The notes under the pieces were generated by a model. That model was not told where the DNA came from. It ran no database searches and saw only the letters and a list, made by a program, of their open reading frames with translations. Made by a program: the position numbers and the translations under genes. From positions 23-64,022 of IMG/VR virus record IMGVR_UViG_3300031565_000018: DNA of 64,000 nucleotides; one strand, given 5' to 3'. This stretch comes from a virus. How positions within the stretch are numbered: the stretch's first letter is position 1; every line of letters begins with the position of its first letter. Shown here one piece after another: positions 54,763 to 63,733 of this stretch.

Positions 54763-55692
54763 TCAAGCGGCGTCCATGAACAGAAGCTTGCTACGCAGAG
54801 CTTCGGGCTGCATACCGCTGAGATAACGCCAGGCGTTCTCAGGGCTGCGGTTCATGACATCGCTGAATTGCTCCCACTGGTGTTGAGGAGCTGCACCCTG
54901 CTGCTGACCACCAACGTTGGCGGGAGGGGCAGGCATGTCGTACTGCGGCTTATAAGCCGCAGGAGCTTGCTGAGCCACAGGTGCTTCATCGATATCGACG
55001 GGAACGACTTCGGTGAAGAAACGATCGGTGTAATTAGCGAGATGATCCGGGCTAGTCAGGATCGTCTGCATGGCGTTGTGACGCTCAGTCAGATTGTCAA
55101 ACTCGCCAGCCTGATTGATCAGAAGATCTTCCAGTGCGCAAGCGTACTGGTTCAGGATGCCAGGAGCCTCAATACCGAAGTGGTTAACGACGGCTTGAGT
55201 TGCGTCGCTGAGACCGTTGGCGCCGTTCGTCTGGGCCGTAGAAGCCTGAGAGGAAAGCGGGGTCTGTGAGGCGTTGGTAGACGAGGTCTGCGCTACCTGC
55301 TGTTCCTGGTAAGCCCAGGGCTGGGCCTGTAAATTCTGACTGTTCTGTTGAGTAGCCAGCTGAGGTGCCGCCTGGGAGAGCGACTGTGGTGCCTGGCTGA
55401 GGGATTGCGAGTTGACCTGGGACAGGACCCGCTCCAGGGAACCCATCGCTGCTTCCCAAGGATTGCTCGGGGAGGAGCTGGACGTTAACTGGCTGAACTG
55501 GTTGCTGGAAGAAGGGACCGTAGCCGGTGCCACCTGCGACGGCGGTTGGGCTGTAGGTACCGAAGCTACCGCCGGGGTAGCTGTTTGCGCCACCCACTGC
55601 GGGTAGGCGGTTGAGCCCTGGTCCGAGGTTGCCGCCGGGGCTGCCGCCGGGGAGACCGGGCTCGGGGTCGAAGCTTGGATCTGCTGGCTCAT
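54763..55692 (-). CDS. Putative capsid scaffolding protein
   Basis: Q/A/P/S-rich with helical C-terminus, between portal and MCP. Confidence 0.6.
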   Translation of the reverse strand: MSQQIQASTPSPVSPAAAPAATSDQGSTAYPQWVAQTATPAVASVPTAQPPSQVAPATVPSSSNQFSQLTSSSSPSNPWEAAMGSLERVLSQVNSQSLSQAPQSLSQAAPQLATQQNSQNLQAQPWAYQEQQVAQTSSTNASQTPLSSQASTAQTNGANGLSDATQAVVNHFGIEAPGILNQYACALEDLLINQAGEFDNLTERHNAMQTILTSPDHLANYTDRFFTEVVPVDIDEAPVAQQAPAAYKPQYDMPAPPANVGGQQQGAAPQHQWEQFSDVMNRSPENAWRYLSGMQPEALRSKLLFMDAA

Positions 55693-57424
55693 AGCTACCC
55701 GAGTAGGTTAATTCTTCCGCTAGGTGATCGAATGTCCTGTAAAGGAGCGGAGTGATATTCAGTCTAGGATCAGCCGCAAGCGGTTGGTTAGGCGCAAGCG
55801 GATGTGGAGACTGCAACATCTGGGATAATAATACCAGAAATTGTTGCATTGCAGATTGAGTCTGTTGCACCATGCGGAAGGGGAAACCCTTCAACATTTC
55901 AGCTCTTTCAGAGTCAGTTTTTTCGGGGAAAAGGAACTTCAGAGCTTCGACGCTGTGTACACCTAACTCCTGCAGGTTCCTGACCACGACTGACTTCTGC
56001 TGCACGTCATATGCAGTGTCCTCGTAAACATCTCCCTGATATCGGTAATCAACTTCTCGATCACCATCCTCAGGAAGACCCACCACGCCTAGTGGTACTT
56101 TGTTTTCCGCGAGAGCTTGTTTCATAACCGCATCGAGTTTTTGCTCGAAGCGCATTACGGCTCTTTGATACTTCTCGGTTGCTTCTTGATCCGCGTCATT
56201 AGCGGGCGGTTTGGGTTCTTTAAGCCCACTAGCCAGCAAAAATGACTCACGGAAGATAGTCTCCTGGTGATAAATCATCATCTCCAGAAGACGGCAGAAA
56301 CCGTAGATAAGGAAACTCTTATTTTTACGAAGTGCGGTCGCTTGGGCACGACCCATCAGACCTTTGATCTCAGTTGCCGTGGCACCCGCCGAAATAGAGA
56401 TCTCGTCAACACCGCCAAGAGCTGTACGAATTTCTTCTCGCAAAAGCAACGTGTAACGGTTCATATCACCGTTAACCGGGTCTGGCGTCATGTAACCGAC
56501 GCGATCAGACGCCTCAACGTTGGCGATGATCCGAGGAACTCGGAGACCACCGCCCATAGCAGTGCCAAAAGGCTCGCTTACTCGAGTAGAGGGCGAGTCC
56601 ATGCCCGCAAAACCACTCTGACTGCTGATGGTCGGGCGGAAATTGCTCTGGCTATCACCTGCTTCGACCAGATCGCTACGAGGACGAGAGCTGATGAGCG
56701 TGGGGTTACCGAAAAACTCGATATTTTTGGCGATATTGCGAGTCAGTTGGTCATGAAGCACGATCTGCTCCATGAAGGGGTCGAATTCACCCTCACCTTC
56801 CGTCCCACTTGCGCTGGGTTTGTTTAAAACCTCCACAGCGGGGATAAACCCAAGCGTATTGGGGCGATTTTTGGCTGGAGTTAGAACAGAACCCGGTTCT
56901 AAGTCGAAACTAAGCTCTGTATCAGTCTCAATCTCACTAATTGTTTCGGCAGTAATAGAAAGTCGGACGTATCGCTTGTTTTGACCGGACGTAGTGCTCG
57001 GTAAACCAAGGCTACCCGCCTTAACCTTGTAGCTATAGATAATGATGACTTCTTCGACCTCACCATTCAGGTCGTGATAGACCCGGTACTGGTTCTTGTT
57101 GAAGAAATAGATTTGATATTTGAGTTTTGCGTCTGGCCGAAAGTAAAAAAGACCGCAACCGTCGATTAAAAAGTTCCGAATAATCGCTGGAAAGCGAATA
57201 TCGATCTTATTGAGGGTAATTACATCGTCGAGAAACCTAGTTCGACTCTTATAGGTGTCTTGATCGCAGTAAAAAGTCAGACCCTTCTTGATCATCAAGA
57301 GGACCATCTGCTGAATATGACTCAGCACAACCATCGTGGACGATTGGCTGCTTCGATCCTGAGTGCGAGCCGCCTCAAGAATCTCTGAAAACCTATTTCG
57401 AGTATCTGCGGAGGCGGTCGACAT
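55184..57424 (-). CDS. Portal protein with long Gly/Pro-rich C-terminal extension
   Basis: Size and position between terminase and scaffold/MCP; GFIPAVEV.N...EGEF pattern of portals. Confidence 0.75.
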   Translation of the reverse strand: MSTASADTRNRFSEILEAARTQDRSSQSSTMVVLSHIQQMVLLMIKKGLTFYCDQDTYKSRTRFLDDVITLNKIDIRFPAIIRNFLIDGCGLFYFRPDAKLKYQIYFFNKNQYRVYHDLNGEVEEVIIIYSYKVKAGSLGLPSTTSGQNKRYVRLSITAETISEIETDTELSFDLEPGSVLTPAKNRPNTLGFIPAVEVLNKPSASGTEGEGEFDPFMEQIVLHDQLTRNIAKNIEFFGNPTLISSRPRSDLVEAGDSQSNFRPTISSQSGFAGMDSPSTRVSEPFGTAMGGGLRVPRIIANVEASDRVGYMTPDPVNGDMNRYTLLLREEIRTALGGVDEISISAGATATEIKGLMGRAQATALRKNKSFLIYGFCRLLEMMIYHQETIFRESFLLASGLKEPKPPANDADQEATEKYQRAVMRFEQKLDAVMKQALAENKVPLGVVGLPEDGDREVDYRYQGDVYEDTAYDVQQKSVVVRNLQELGVHSVEALKFLFPEKTDSERAEMLKGFPFRMVQQTQSAMQQFLVLLSQMLQSPHPLAPNQPLAADPRLNITPLLYRTFDHLAEELTYSGSYEPADPSFDPEPGLPGGSPGGNLGPGLNRLPAVGGANSYPGGSFGTYSPTAVAGGTGYGPFFQQPVQPVNVQLLPEQSLGSSDGFPGAGPVPGQLAIPQPGTTVALPGGTSAGYSTEQSEFTGPALGLPGTAGSADLVYQRLTDPAFLSGFYGPDERRQRSQRRNSSRR

Positions 57425-57457
57425 TCATTTATTAGATAAGTGGACCCTTAGTCGGGA

Positions 57458-57616
57458 TCATTTTTTAGAACTCATCGCCTTAGCTTTGCGTGCCTTAGCG
57501 AGCGCGTCCTTACGCTTCTGATTTTTACCTTTAAGCTCTTCCCCGCTAGGAGCTTTTTCTTCCTCACGCTTCTCTTCGAAACGCTTGAGGAGTTCGGGAG
57601 GCATCTTATCAGCCAT
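57458..57616 (-). CDS. 52-aa charged peptide (MADKMPPELLKRFEEKREEEK...)
   Basis: Hand translation; fills the gap before the portal. Confidence 0.55.
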   Translation of the reverse strand: MADKMPPELLKRFEEKREEEKAPSGEELKGKNQKRKDALAKARKAKAMSSKK

Positions 57617-58421
57617 CGGGAAGAAGATACTTTTTCACTCTGTCCAGTTTAACCGCTTCTTCGGGCAAATCCTCGATGGGGTACCTAGTTAATAGATGAT
57701 CTTCTCGGCCAAGCATGTCCGTGGCACCTTCTTGAGGCACAAAATTAGCACACAAAGCCTGTACCTCAGGACGATCCCAGATGTAATGCTCTGCAATAGA
57801 GCTCAACTTACGTGCTCGTTGCCCTGGAGTACCCATCCAGCTGAAGTGCCAACCCGCATCGCGCAAACCGATAAATTTACGATTCGGTTGCTCACGAATA
57901 CGGGTTAAAGACCCGTGGTCTTTGAGTGTGCCAACAGTACACGCGGTCGCACATCGCCATTCGAACAACTCCCCTTCAGGCGAGAACAGCTGAAGGTCAG
58001 CACGTCCATAGTGCATAGACATATTCAGACCGAAGATCTTGGAGGGGTTCTCTGAAAGAGCACTCTTTAGATCGTCAAAACAGTCCCAGTTAGGCAGCTC
58101 ATCGCAGTCAGAACAAATAAAGACTGCATCTTCCGGTAGGAAAAAGAGTGCCTTAGCCAGTGCGTCCCTCTGACCACGCTCTCTAACCCAAGGATCAGGA
58201 GCTTCCTCCTGAGATGGGAGTTTTACCTCAAGGACTTGGATGATATCAGAGGGTAGTTTGAGCTCTGAAATTGTGTCCTTGAGAGTAAAAGGCTTAGGGT
58301 CACCTCTATGAGTTCTATCACCCTCGGCGATAATGAAACCGTCAACGTGGTCCTTGAGGGCATTTATGCGGAGCTCAAGTAACTCTTTCTCGTTGAAGTA
58401 GGTGAAGGTGTCAACAAGCAT
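57609..58421 (-). CDS. GT17-like glycosyltransferase (MGAT3-like), paralogue B
   Basis: DTFTYFNEKELLELR...E.DRTH.G..KP...ERGQRD...SDCDE...GWHFSW. Confidence 0.82.
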   Translation of the reverse strand: MLVDTFTYFNEKELLELRINALKDHVDGFIIAEGDRTHRGDPKPFTLKDTISELKLPSDIIQVLEVKLPSQEEAPDPWVRERGQRDALAKALFFLPEDAVFICSDCDELPNWDCFDDLKSALSENPSKIFGLNMSMHYGRADLQLFSPEGELFEWRCATACTVGTLKDHGSLTRIREQPNRKFIGLRDAGWHFSWMGTPGQRARKLSSIAEHYIWDRPEVQALCANFVPQEGATDMLGREDHLLTRYPIEDLPEEAVKLDRVKKYLLPDG

Positions 58422-59227
58422 CAGGCAGGAAGCAGGAACTTGTTTACGCGGGGGAGCGTGAATATGCCCTCAGGAAGTTTGTCGAGAGGAAAACTTTCAA
58501 TAATGTGATCCTCTCTGCCGAGCATGTCTACGCCACCGGGCGTCGCTGAAAACTCAGCACATTTTTCCTCAACGTCAGAGGTGTCAGTTTCCCAGTGGGC
58601 GTAGGACTTCAACTTAGCCAGTCGGCGGTCTTTGTCCCCCATCCAGCTGAGGTGCCAACCAGCATCAAGTTCCCCGAAAGTCACATAGTCAGTCTCAGCT
58701 CGCATAGATGAGAGCGTGCTGTGAGCTTTAAGAGTATTTACTGTCGCAGCAAAGGCGTTACGCCAGTTGAAGGGAGAACCGTCGGGAGTGACTAACTGGC
58801 GATCAGCACGTCCGTAGTGCATCGACATGCTTAGCTTTACAACCTTGCCAGGGTTTTCCTCAACAGTCGAAACAAGATCGTTTAATTTATCCGGATTGGC
58901 TATCTCATCAAGATCCGAACAGATAAAGACGGCGTCATCAGGGACCATATGCAGTCCCACACTTGCTGCATCCCGCTGACCCCGCTCTCGTAGCCACGGG
59001 TCTGGAGCTTCTTCCTTGGAGGGAAGCTCTACGTGTAGGACTTGAATATTATCGTCTGGAATACCGAGTTCTTTAAGAGTCTCCAAGCAAGTAAACGGTT
59101 TCTCTTCACCTCTGTGCGTTCTATTCGCTTCGGTAATAAGGAAACCGTCAACGTGCTTCTCTAGAGTGCGGATACGCAGCTCAAGAAGCTCCTTCTCGTT
59201 GAAGTAGGTGAAGACGTCTAAAAGCAC
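58421..59227 (-). CDS. GT17-like glycosyltransferase (MGAT3-like), paralogue A
   Basis: DVFTYFNEKELLELR...EANRTH...ERGQRD...SDLDEI...GWHLSW. Confidence 0.82.
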   Translation of the reverse strand: MLLDVFTYFNEKELLELRIRTLEKHVDGFLITEANRTHRGEEKPFTCLETLKELGIPDDNIQVLHVELPSKEEAPDPWLRERGQRDAASVGLHMVPDDAVFICSDLDEIANPDKLNDLVSTVEENPGKVVKLSMSMHYGRADRQLVTPDGSPFNWRNAFAATVNTLKAHSTLSSMRAETDYVTFGELDAGWHLSWMGDKDRRLAKLKSYAHWETDTSDVEEKCAEFSATPGGVDMLGREDHIIESFPLDKLPEGIFTLPRVNKFLLPA

Positions 59228-59259
59228 GCTGGCAGCATCAAGACTGCCAACATACTAGT

Positions 59260-59553
59260 TCAACCTGCTTCAGTTAAGTACTTTCCTGCTCGACGTTTAG
59301 CCCTGGACATAATTTCTCTGTCTTGCTCAAGGGCGTCAACGGGACCCTCGACACCATCGCCGTAAGTAACAGTCGGAGTAGAGGGTGCTTGAGGAGTGGG
59401 TTGCCCGATCAGTTCAGAATCTTCGTCAGCCGACATCTGAGCGAAAGCCGAGTCAGCAGTTTGATTAGCCCGACGCTGTTGGTCAGCTGCAAAAACTTGA
59501 TCCTGGTAGGCCTTAGAGAAGTTAAAGGCGTAGGGAACAAATTGATTAGCCAT
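59260..59553 (-). CDS. Hypothetical protein
   Basis: 97-aa ORF. Confidence 0.62.
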   Translation of the reverse strand: MANQFVPYAFNFSKAYQDQVFAADQQRRANQTADSAFAQMSADEDSELIGQPTPQAPSTPTVTYGDGVEGPVDALEQDREIMSRAKRRAGKYLTEAG

Positions 59554-59825
59554 CAGTAAAGCACCTTGACACTGTCGACATTGCCGCCGCTAATAGCTGT
59601 GGCTGCGAAGGGAAGTACCTTGTTTGCACCAACCTCAGCAAGAATCCACTGGCCTGGAGCGTCGTTCAACTCGATGTAAAAGGTGTCGGTAGCGTCCCCT
59701 TCGATATATAAACCACGGCAGGTACTAAACCGCTTCTCCCCGTCAGCAGGTGCCCAGGCAAAACCGCTCGCATACGGCAGACTGGCCTGCTGAGGAAAGA
59801 CAGAACCAAAAGCGCGGATATCCAT
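59553..59825 (-). CDS. Small beta-rich protein, possibly virion
   Basis: CRGLYIEG...LPFAATAI pattern. Confidence 0.6.
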   Translation of the reverse strand: MDIRAFGSVFPQQASLPYASGFAWAPADGEKRFSTCRGLYIEGDATDTFYIELNDAPGQWILAEVGANKVLPFAATAISGGNVDSVKVLY

Positions 59826-59848
59826 AAGTAAGAAGCCTCAGTAATAGT

Positions 59849-60070
59849 TTAACCTTCTTGCTCAGCAATTTCGATGAGCTTGTTTATATACCATGCACAC
59901 TTTTTGAGATCCTCAACACCGTTCTTGTGCTCGGTGCGCCATAGATACTTAATCGCCGAACCTCGGCAAAACCCTTTAAACCCTTCAGGTCCAAGAGACG
60001 CCCTCAGAGCATCGATGCATTCGATCTCACCTTGATTGTAATGAGACGGATGAGAGACACGATCGCTCAT
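59849..60070 (-). CDS. DUF3310 (SaV / T7 gp1.7-like) protein
   Basis: VSHPSHY.QG.IECID...FCRGSAIKYLWR..HKNGVEDLKK. Confidence 0.88.
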   Translation of the reverse strand: MSDRVSHPSHYNQGEIECIDALRASLGPEGFKGFCRGSAIKYLWRTEHKNGVEDLKKCAWYINKLIEIAEQEG

Positions 60071-60984
60071 ACAACGAACATCTCAGAAATATCCATGAGG
60101 GTACCATCCTCATCAGCTAGAAGCGTGCTGTACTTTTTATCTAAATGCTCCACTAGGCCACAGGGGGCGATGACAACCTTATCTTTGTCTCTCACAACTG
60201 GCACCACTCGACGATGTTCCTGCCCTTGCCTAAGTCCCTCAAAGGCAAGTCCCATAGAACTTCTGTCGGCAATCGGCCAACAACGGTGACGAGTCAGTTC
60301 GAAACTTCTGGCTGAGTCACAGCTCTGCGAATAGATATAAGTCTCCGCCATCTTCTGATCCAGGACCATTAGACCCATGTAGGGGTTACCCAGAGAGACA
60401 AAACCCAGGAGATTCAGCGTGGGCGTCAGATACGCCTGCACTTGATAAGGTCGATCACCCCAAACATCTGGCGTAGGTCCCGTCAAACGCCATTTTCTGT
60501 AGTTATCAAACGGAACGCATTTATGGTCGTACCGCTCATAACGGCAGAAACCTGGCTCAAGATTTAACGGCTTAAGGAACTGACGGTAAGTTAACCAATA
60601 GATATAGTGCTCACTGGTGAACACCATGTCATTTTCGCTGTAGACATAGATGTCATAAGACTTGGTTTCAACAGCCAACTTCAGTGTCGGTTTGTGTGAC
60701 CAGCAAAGAGCAAACCCCTGATACTCAGGACCCGCAACCAGAACACACAGACTCAGTGTCTCGAGGTTCGGTTCAAGAACCGCTAAGAGGGTCTCCTTAT
60801 CCTGTTTGTGCTCATGATCGATATAGATAAAAACATCCTTTTGAGCAGCAGGGATCTCCTCATAACCCCTCAAGACCTCTAAGAGCTGATCGACACGTGA
60901 AAGTGGGTCGTGAGCGGTGATGTTGAACATCACCCTGTAAGTGTTCATTACAGCTGCGTCGTAACGCCAGGATTCCACGATCAT
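60067..60984 (-). CDS. Probable GT-A fold glycosyltransferase
   Basis: YDIYVYSENDM resembles a DxD-type motif; lies in the GT cluster. Tentative. Confidence 0.45.
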   Translation of the reverse strand: MIVESWRYDAAVMNTYRVMFNITAHDPLSRVDQLLEVLRGYEEIPAAQKDVFIYIDHEHKQDKETLLAVLEPNLETLSLCVLVAGPEYQGFALCWSHKPTLKLAVETKSYDIYVYSENDMVFTSEHYIYWLTYRQFLKPLNLEPGFCRYERYDHKCVPFDNYRKWRLTGPTPDVWGDRPYQVQAYLTPTLNLLGFVSLGNPYMGLMVLDQKMAETYIYSQSCDSARSFELTRHRCWPIADRSSMGLAFEGLRQGQEHRRVVPVVRDKDKVVIAPCGLVEHLDKKYSTLLADEDGTLMDISEMFVV

Positions 60985-60987
60985 TGA

Positions 60988-62511
60988 TCAGTACTCCGTG
61001 TGGTAGTTACCACGGCGCTGCAGGAAACACACGAGGTGTGTATAAGCGTCAAGCAAGTCGTCGTGAGAGGTGGCACCGATGTTAATAATCTGATCAAAGA
61101 GCTGATCAAATCTTCGAAACCGGTTGAAGACCACCTTCTTGTTCTCCAGAAGCCCAAGGGTACCCCTGAACCGAGCGATCTTGTCTCCTCTGAAGCCTTT
61201 CACTTCATGAATGTGAAGATTCCCAAGGCCCCACTCGTTCAACATCACTCGTTTTAGATCTGCTGCAAGCGATGCTTGGTAAGCCACGGACTCAACCACA
61301 AGGCTGCAGGTGGAATACGTAGGGAAGTACTGCCCTTCAGTGTTTTCTTGAAGAATCCCCCACTCAATAAGCATCTTGCACAAAAGATCGATCTTCTCAA
61401 GGTTCCCAATCGATCGAACCTGATGGGCATCAATGATGTAGTACTGATCTTTGACTCTCCCTCCAAGAACAAAAGCGGTGTAATCAGAGGTTTCGTTCTT
61501 ACTCGCTGAGAGGTCGATTCCGACAGCAAGAGAATCAAACTCCGTAACAACATCTCCCTTCACCAGGAGATCTGGCGAAAGGATCAGATCCGAAGTCATC
61601 ACTGGTTGCTGCTGGTACTGGAAGGCGAATGCCACGGGGTCCAGCTCCTTCTGCCCGAGCAAGTACTCAACACTCCACTGCTCAGGCCAATAACTCACAG
61701 CCTCACCAGCGTTGTCATATGTAAGTGCTTCCTGCTGAACCTGCTTCCAGCCCTTCTCAGGCACGAACATCGTTTTATGGATGTCGAGGGGGTGGAATCG
61801 AGTACCTAGGCAGATAGCTCGACCACCTTCAAAAATAATCGGAGCGATAACCGAGCTCCAATTACCGTTCATCTCCTCCCTAATCGAAGGGTTTTTAATG
61901 TCAGTGCTCGATTTAATAGGGTCATCCACGATGACCAAGTGGGCACGTTTCGACGTGATCGAGCCTCGAAGACCTGTTGCTCGGAGGGTAAATTCTTCAT
62001 CGCCCACTCGGCTGATGCCTGCGTAGTCGAAATCGATCGACCAACCAATATCCGACTGCATGCCAGCACGCAGTTGAACCTTTGGGAAGATTTTCTTAAA
62101 TGTTGCAGAGTCGATGATCTGCTTAATAATTCGACTCTTCGGAATTGCTGTAGCGATGTTGTATGAGCAGTAAATGATCTGGAGCGGAAGGCCAGCAGTT
62201 GTATGCCTACCGATAATCCAGGCAGTGAACATATTAAGCACCGTGGACTTTGCAGAGCCTCGTGGAGCAAGGATGTCCAGATTGGAGCCTGCAATATCTA
62301 GTAAGTATCTATTGCTCTCACCTGTAATCAAATGCTTGTGCCACTCCAGCATATGAGCTGCAGGAGCTTTATCCATAATGGTACAGAACGTATGGAAGTC
62401 CTGTGATGCTCTAGTAAATATAGTATCTAACTCAGGTGCATCTGACTCAACAGCCTTAATAGCTCTAAGTTTTAGAGCACGTCGATACGCAAAACTCTCT
62501 CTACTCGGCAT
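60988..62511 (-). CDS. terL: Terminase large subunit
   Basis: Walker A APRGSAKST, Walker B LVIVDD, GTRFH, nuclease GIDLS...DYTA...HDDLLDA. Confidence 0.93.
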   Translation of the reverse strand: MPSRESFAYRRALKLRAIKAVESDAPELDTIFTRASQDFHTFCTIMDKAPAAHMLEWHKHLITGESNRYLLDIAGSNLDILAPRGSAKSTVLNMFTAWIIGRHTTAGLPLQIIYCSYNIATAIPKSRIIKQIIDSATFKKIFPKVQLRAGMQSDIGWSIDFDYAGISRVGDEEFTLRATGLRGSITSKRAHLVIVDDPIKSSTDIKNPSIREEMNGNWSSVIAPIIFEGGRAICLGTRFHPLDIHKTMFVPEKGWKQVQQEALTYDNAGEAVSYWPEQWSVEYLLGQKELDPVAFAFQYQQQPVMTSDLILSPDLLVKGDVVTEFDSLAVGIDLSASKNETSDYTAFVLGGRVKDQYYIIDAHQVRSIGNLEKIDLLCKMLIEWGILQENTEGQYFPTYSTCSLVVESVAYQASLAADLKRVMLNEWGLGNLHIHEVKGFRGDKIARFRGTLGLLENKKVVFNRFRRFDQLFDQIINIGATSHDDLLDAYTHLVCFLQRRGNYHTEY

Positions 62512-62560
62512 GTTCTTTAAAAAACTGTCTGTATACTGTCAGAAAGATTTTAACCCTGGC

Positions 62561-63733
62561 ATGGCCAAAATTCTTTGGTACGGAGATATCCTTTCGAACA
62601 CTGGCTTTGCTCGTGTAACACACAGTATTCTTGAGCACCTCGCGAAGGATAACGAGATTGTCGCTTTTGGAATTAACTACACCGGAGATCCTCACGACCT
62701 TCCTTTTAAGGTCTACCCAGCCTCTGCGCTGAACCCCAGCGATCGTTTCGGTATTCATCGTCTGCCTCTTGTCGTGCAACAAGAGAATCCAGATTTCGTC
62801 ATCTGCCTGAACGACATCTGGATGGTGAATCAGGTGTGGGAGAGAATTCACCTCCTGAAGTCATCGATGAAGTTCAAGTTCATCGCTTACTTCCCCATCG
62901 ATAGCGAGTGGTACATCGAAAACCACATGCGGTTTATCAAGGACTGGGATTTCGCGATCACATTCTCGATCGAGCAAGCTCAGCGAATTATAAAACATGG
63001 GGTCAAACCCAAGATGCTCGGGGTTATTCCCCATGGCTTAGACACTGGTAAGTTCCACGCTCTCGATAGAGATGAGTGCCGGAAGAAACTCAGTCTCCCT
63101 CTCGATAAATTTATTGTCCTTAACGCCAACAGGAACCAACCTCGCAAGAACATCGACCTAACGATCAAAACCTTCGTTAAGTTCGCAAAAGATAAACCTG
63201 ATGCTTCGCTCTACCTGCATATGAGCGAGAAAGATCTCGGTTGGGATGTACGAGCCATCTTTAACACCGAAATGAAGCGTGCTGGTCTCGACCCAGACCA
63301 ACGGTTAATCATGACCGCAAACAATATTGATTACACAAACGCCCCACCCGACGAGCTACTAAACATCATCTATAACGCTTGCGACGTGGGGCTTAACACC
63401 TGTAACGGTGAAGGCTGGGGGCTCGTGCCTTTCGAGCACGCGATTTGCAAAAAGCCTCAAGTCATGCCGAACCACACGTCATGCTCTGACGTCTGGAAGG
63501 GCAAAGCTCTACTGGCCGATGTCGCTGCCTGGATCTATGACAAGGATTTAGGGGTTGAACGTGGGATCGTCGACGTAGATGACGCGGCAGAAAAACTCTC
63601 GACGTTGTACGAGGACAAAGAGTTTTATAAGAAAGTAGCCGACGATTGTTTTGAGGTGACTCAGAACCCCTCTTACCGTTGGGACAAGATCGCTGAAGGT
63701 TTCGAAAAGGCCATGCAGGAGCTGTCCAAATGA
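62561..63733 (+). CDS. GT4 (GT-B fold) glycosyltransferase
   Basis: ATG 62561; TGFARV, IPHGLD, NRNQPRK, EGWGLVPFE (EX7E motif). Confidence 0.88.
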   Translation: MAKILWYGDILSNTGFARVTHSILEHLAKDNEIVAFGINYTGDPHDLPFKVYPASALNPSDRFGIHRLPLVVQQENPDFVICLNDIWMVNQVWERIHLLKSSMKFKFIAYFPIDSEWYIENHMRFIKDWDFAITFSIEQAQRIIKHGVKPKMLGVIPHGLDTGKFHALDRDECRKKLSLPLDKFIVLNANRNQPRKNIDLTIKTFVKFAKDKPDASLYLHMSEKDLGWDVRAIFNTEMKRAGLDPDQRLIMTANNIDYTNAPPDELLNIIYNACDVGLNTCNGEGWGLVPFEHAICKKPQVMPNHTSCSDVWKGKALLADVAAWIYDKDLGVERGIVDVDDAAEKLSTLYEDKEFYKKVADDCFEVTQNPSYRWDKIAEGFEKAMQELSK

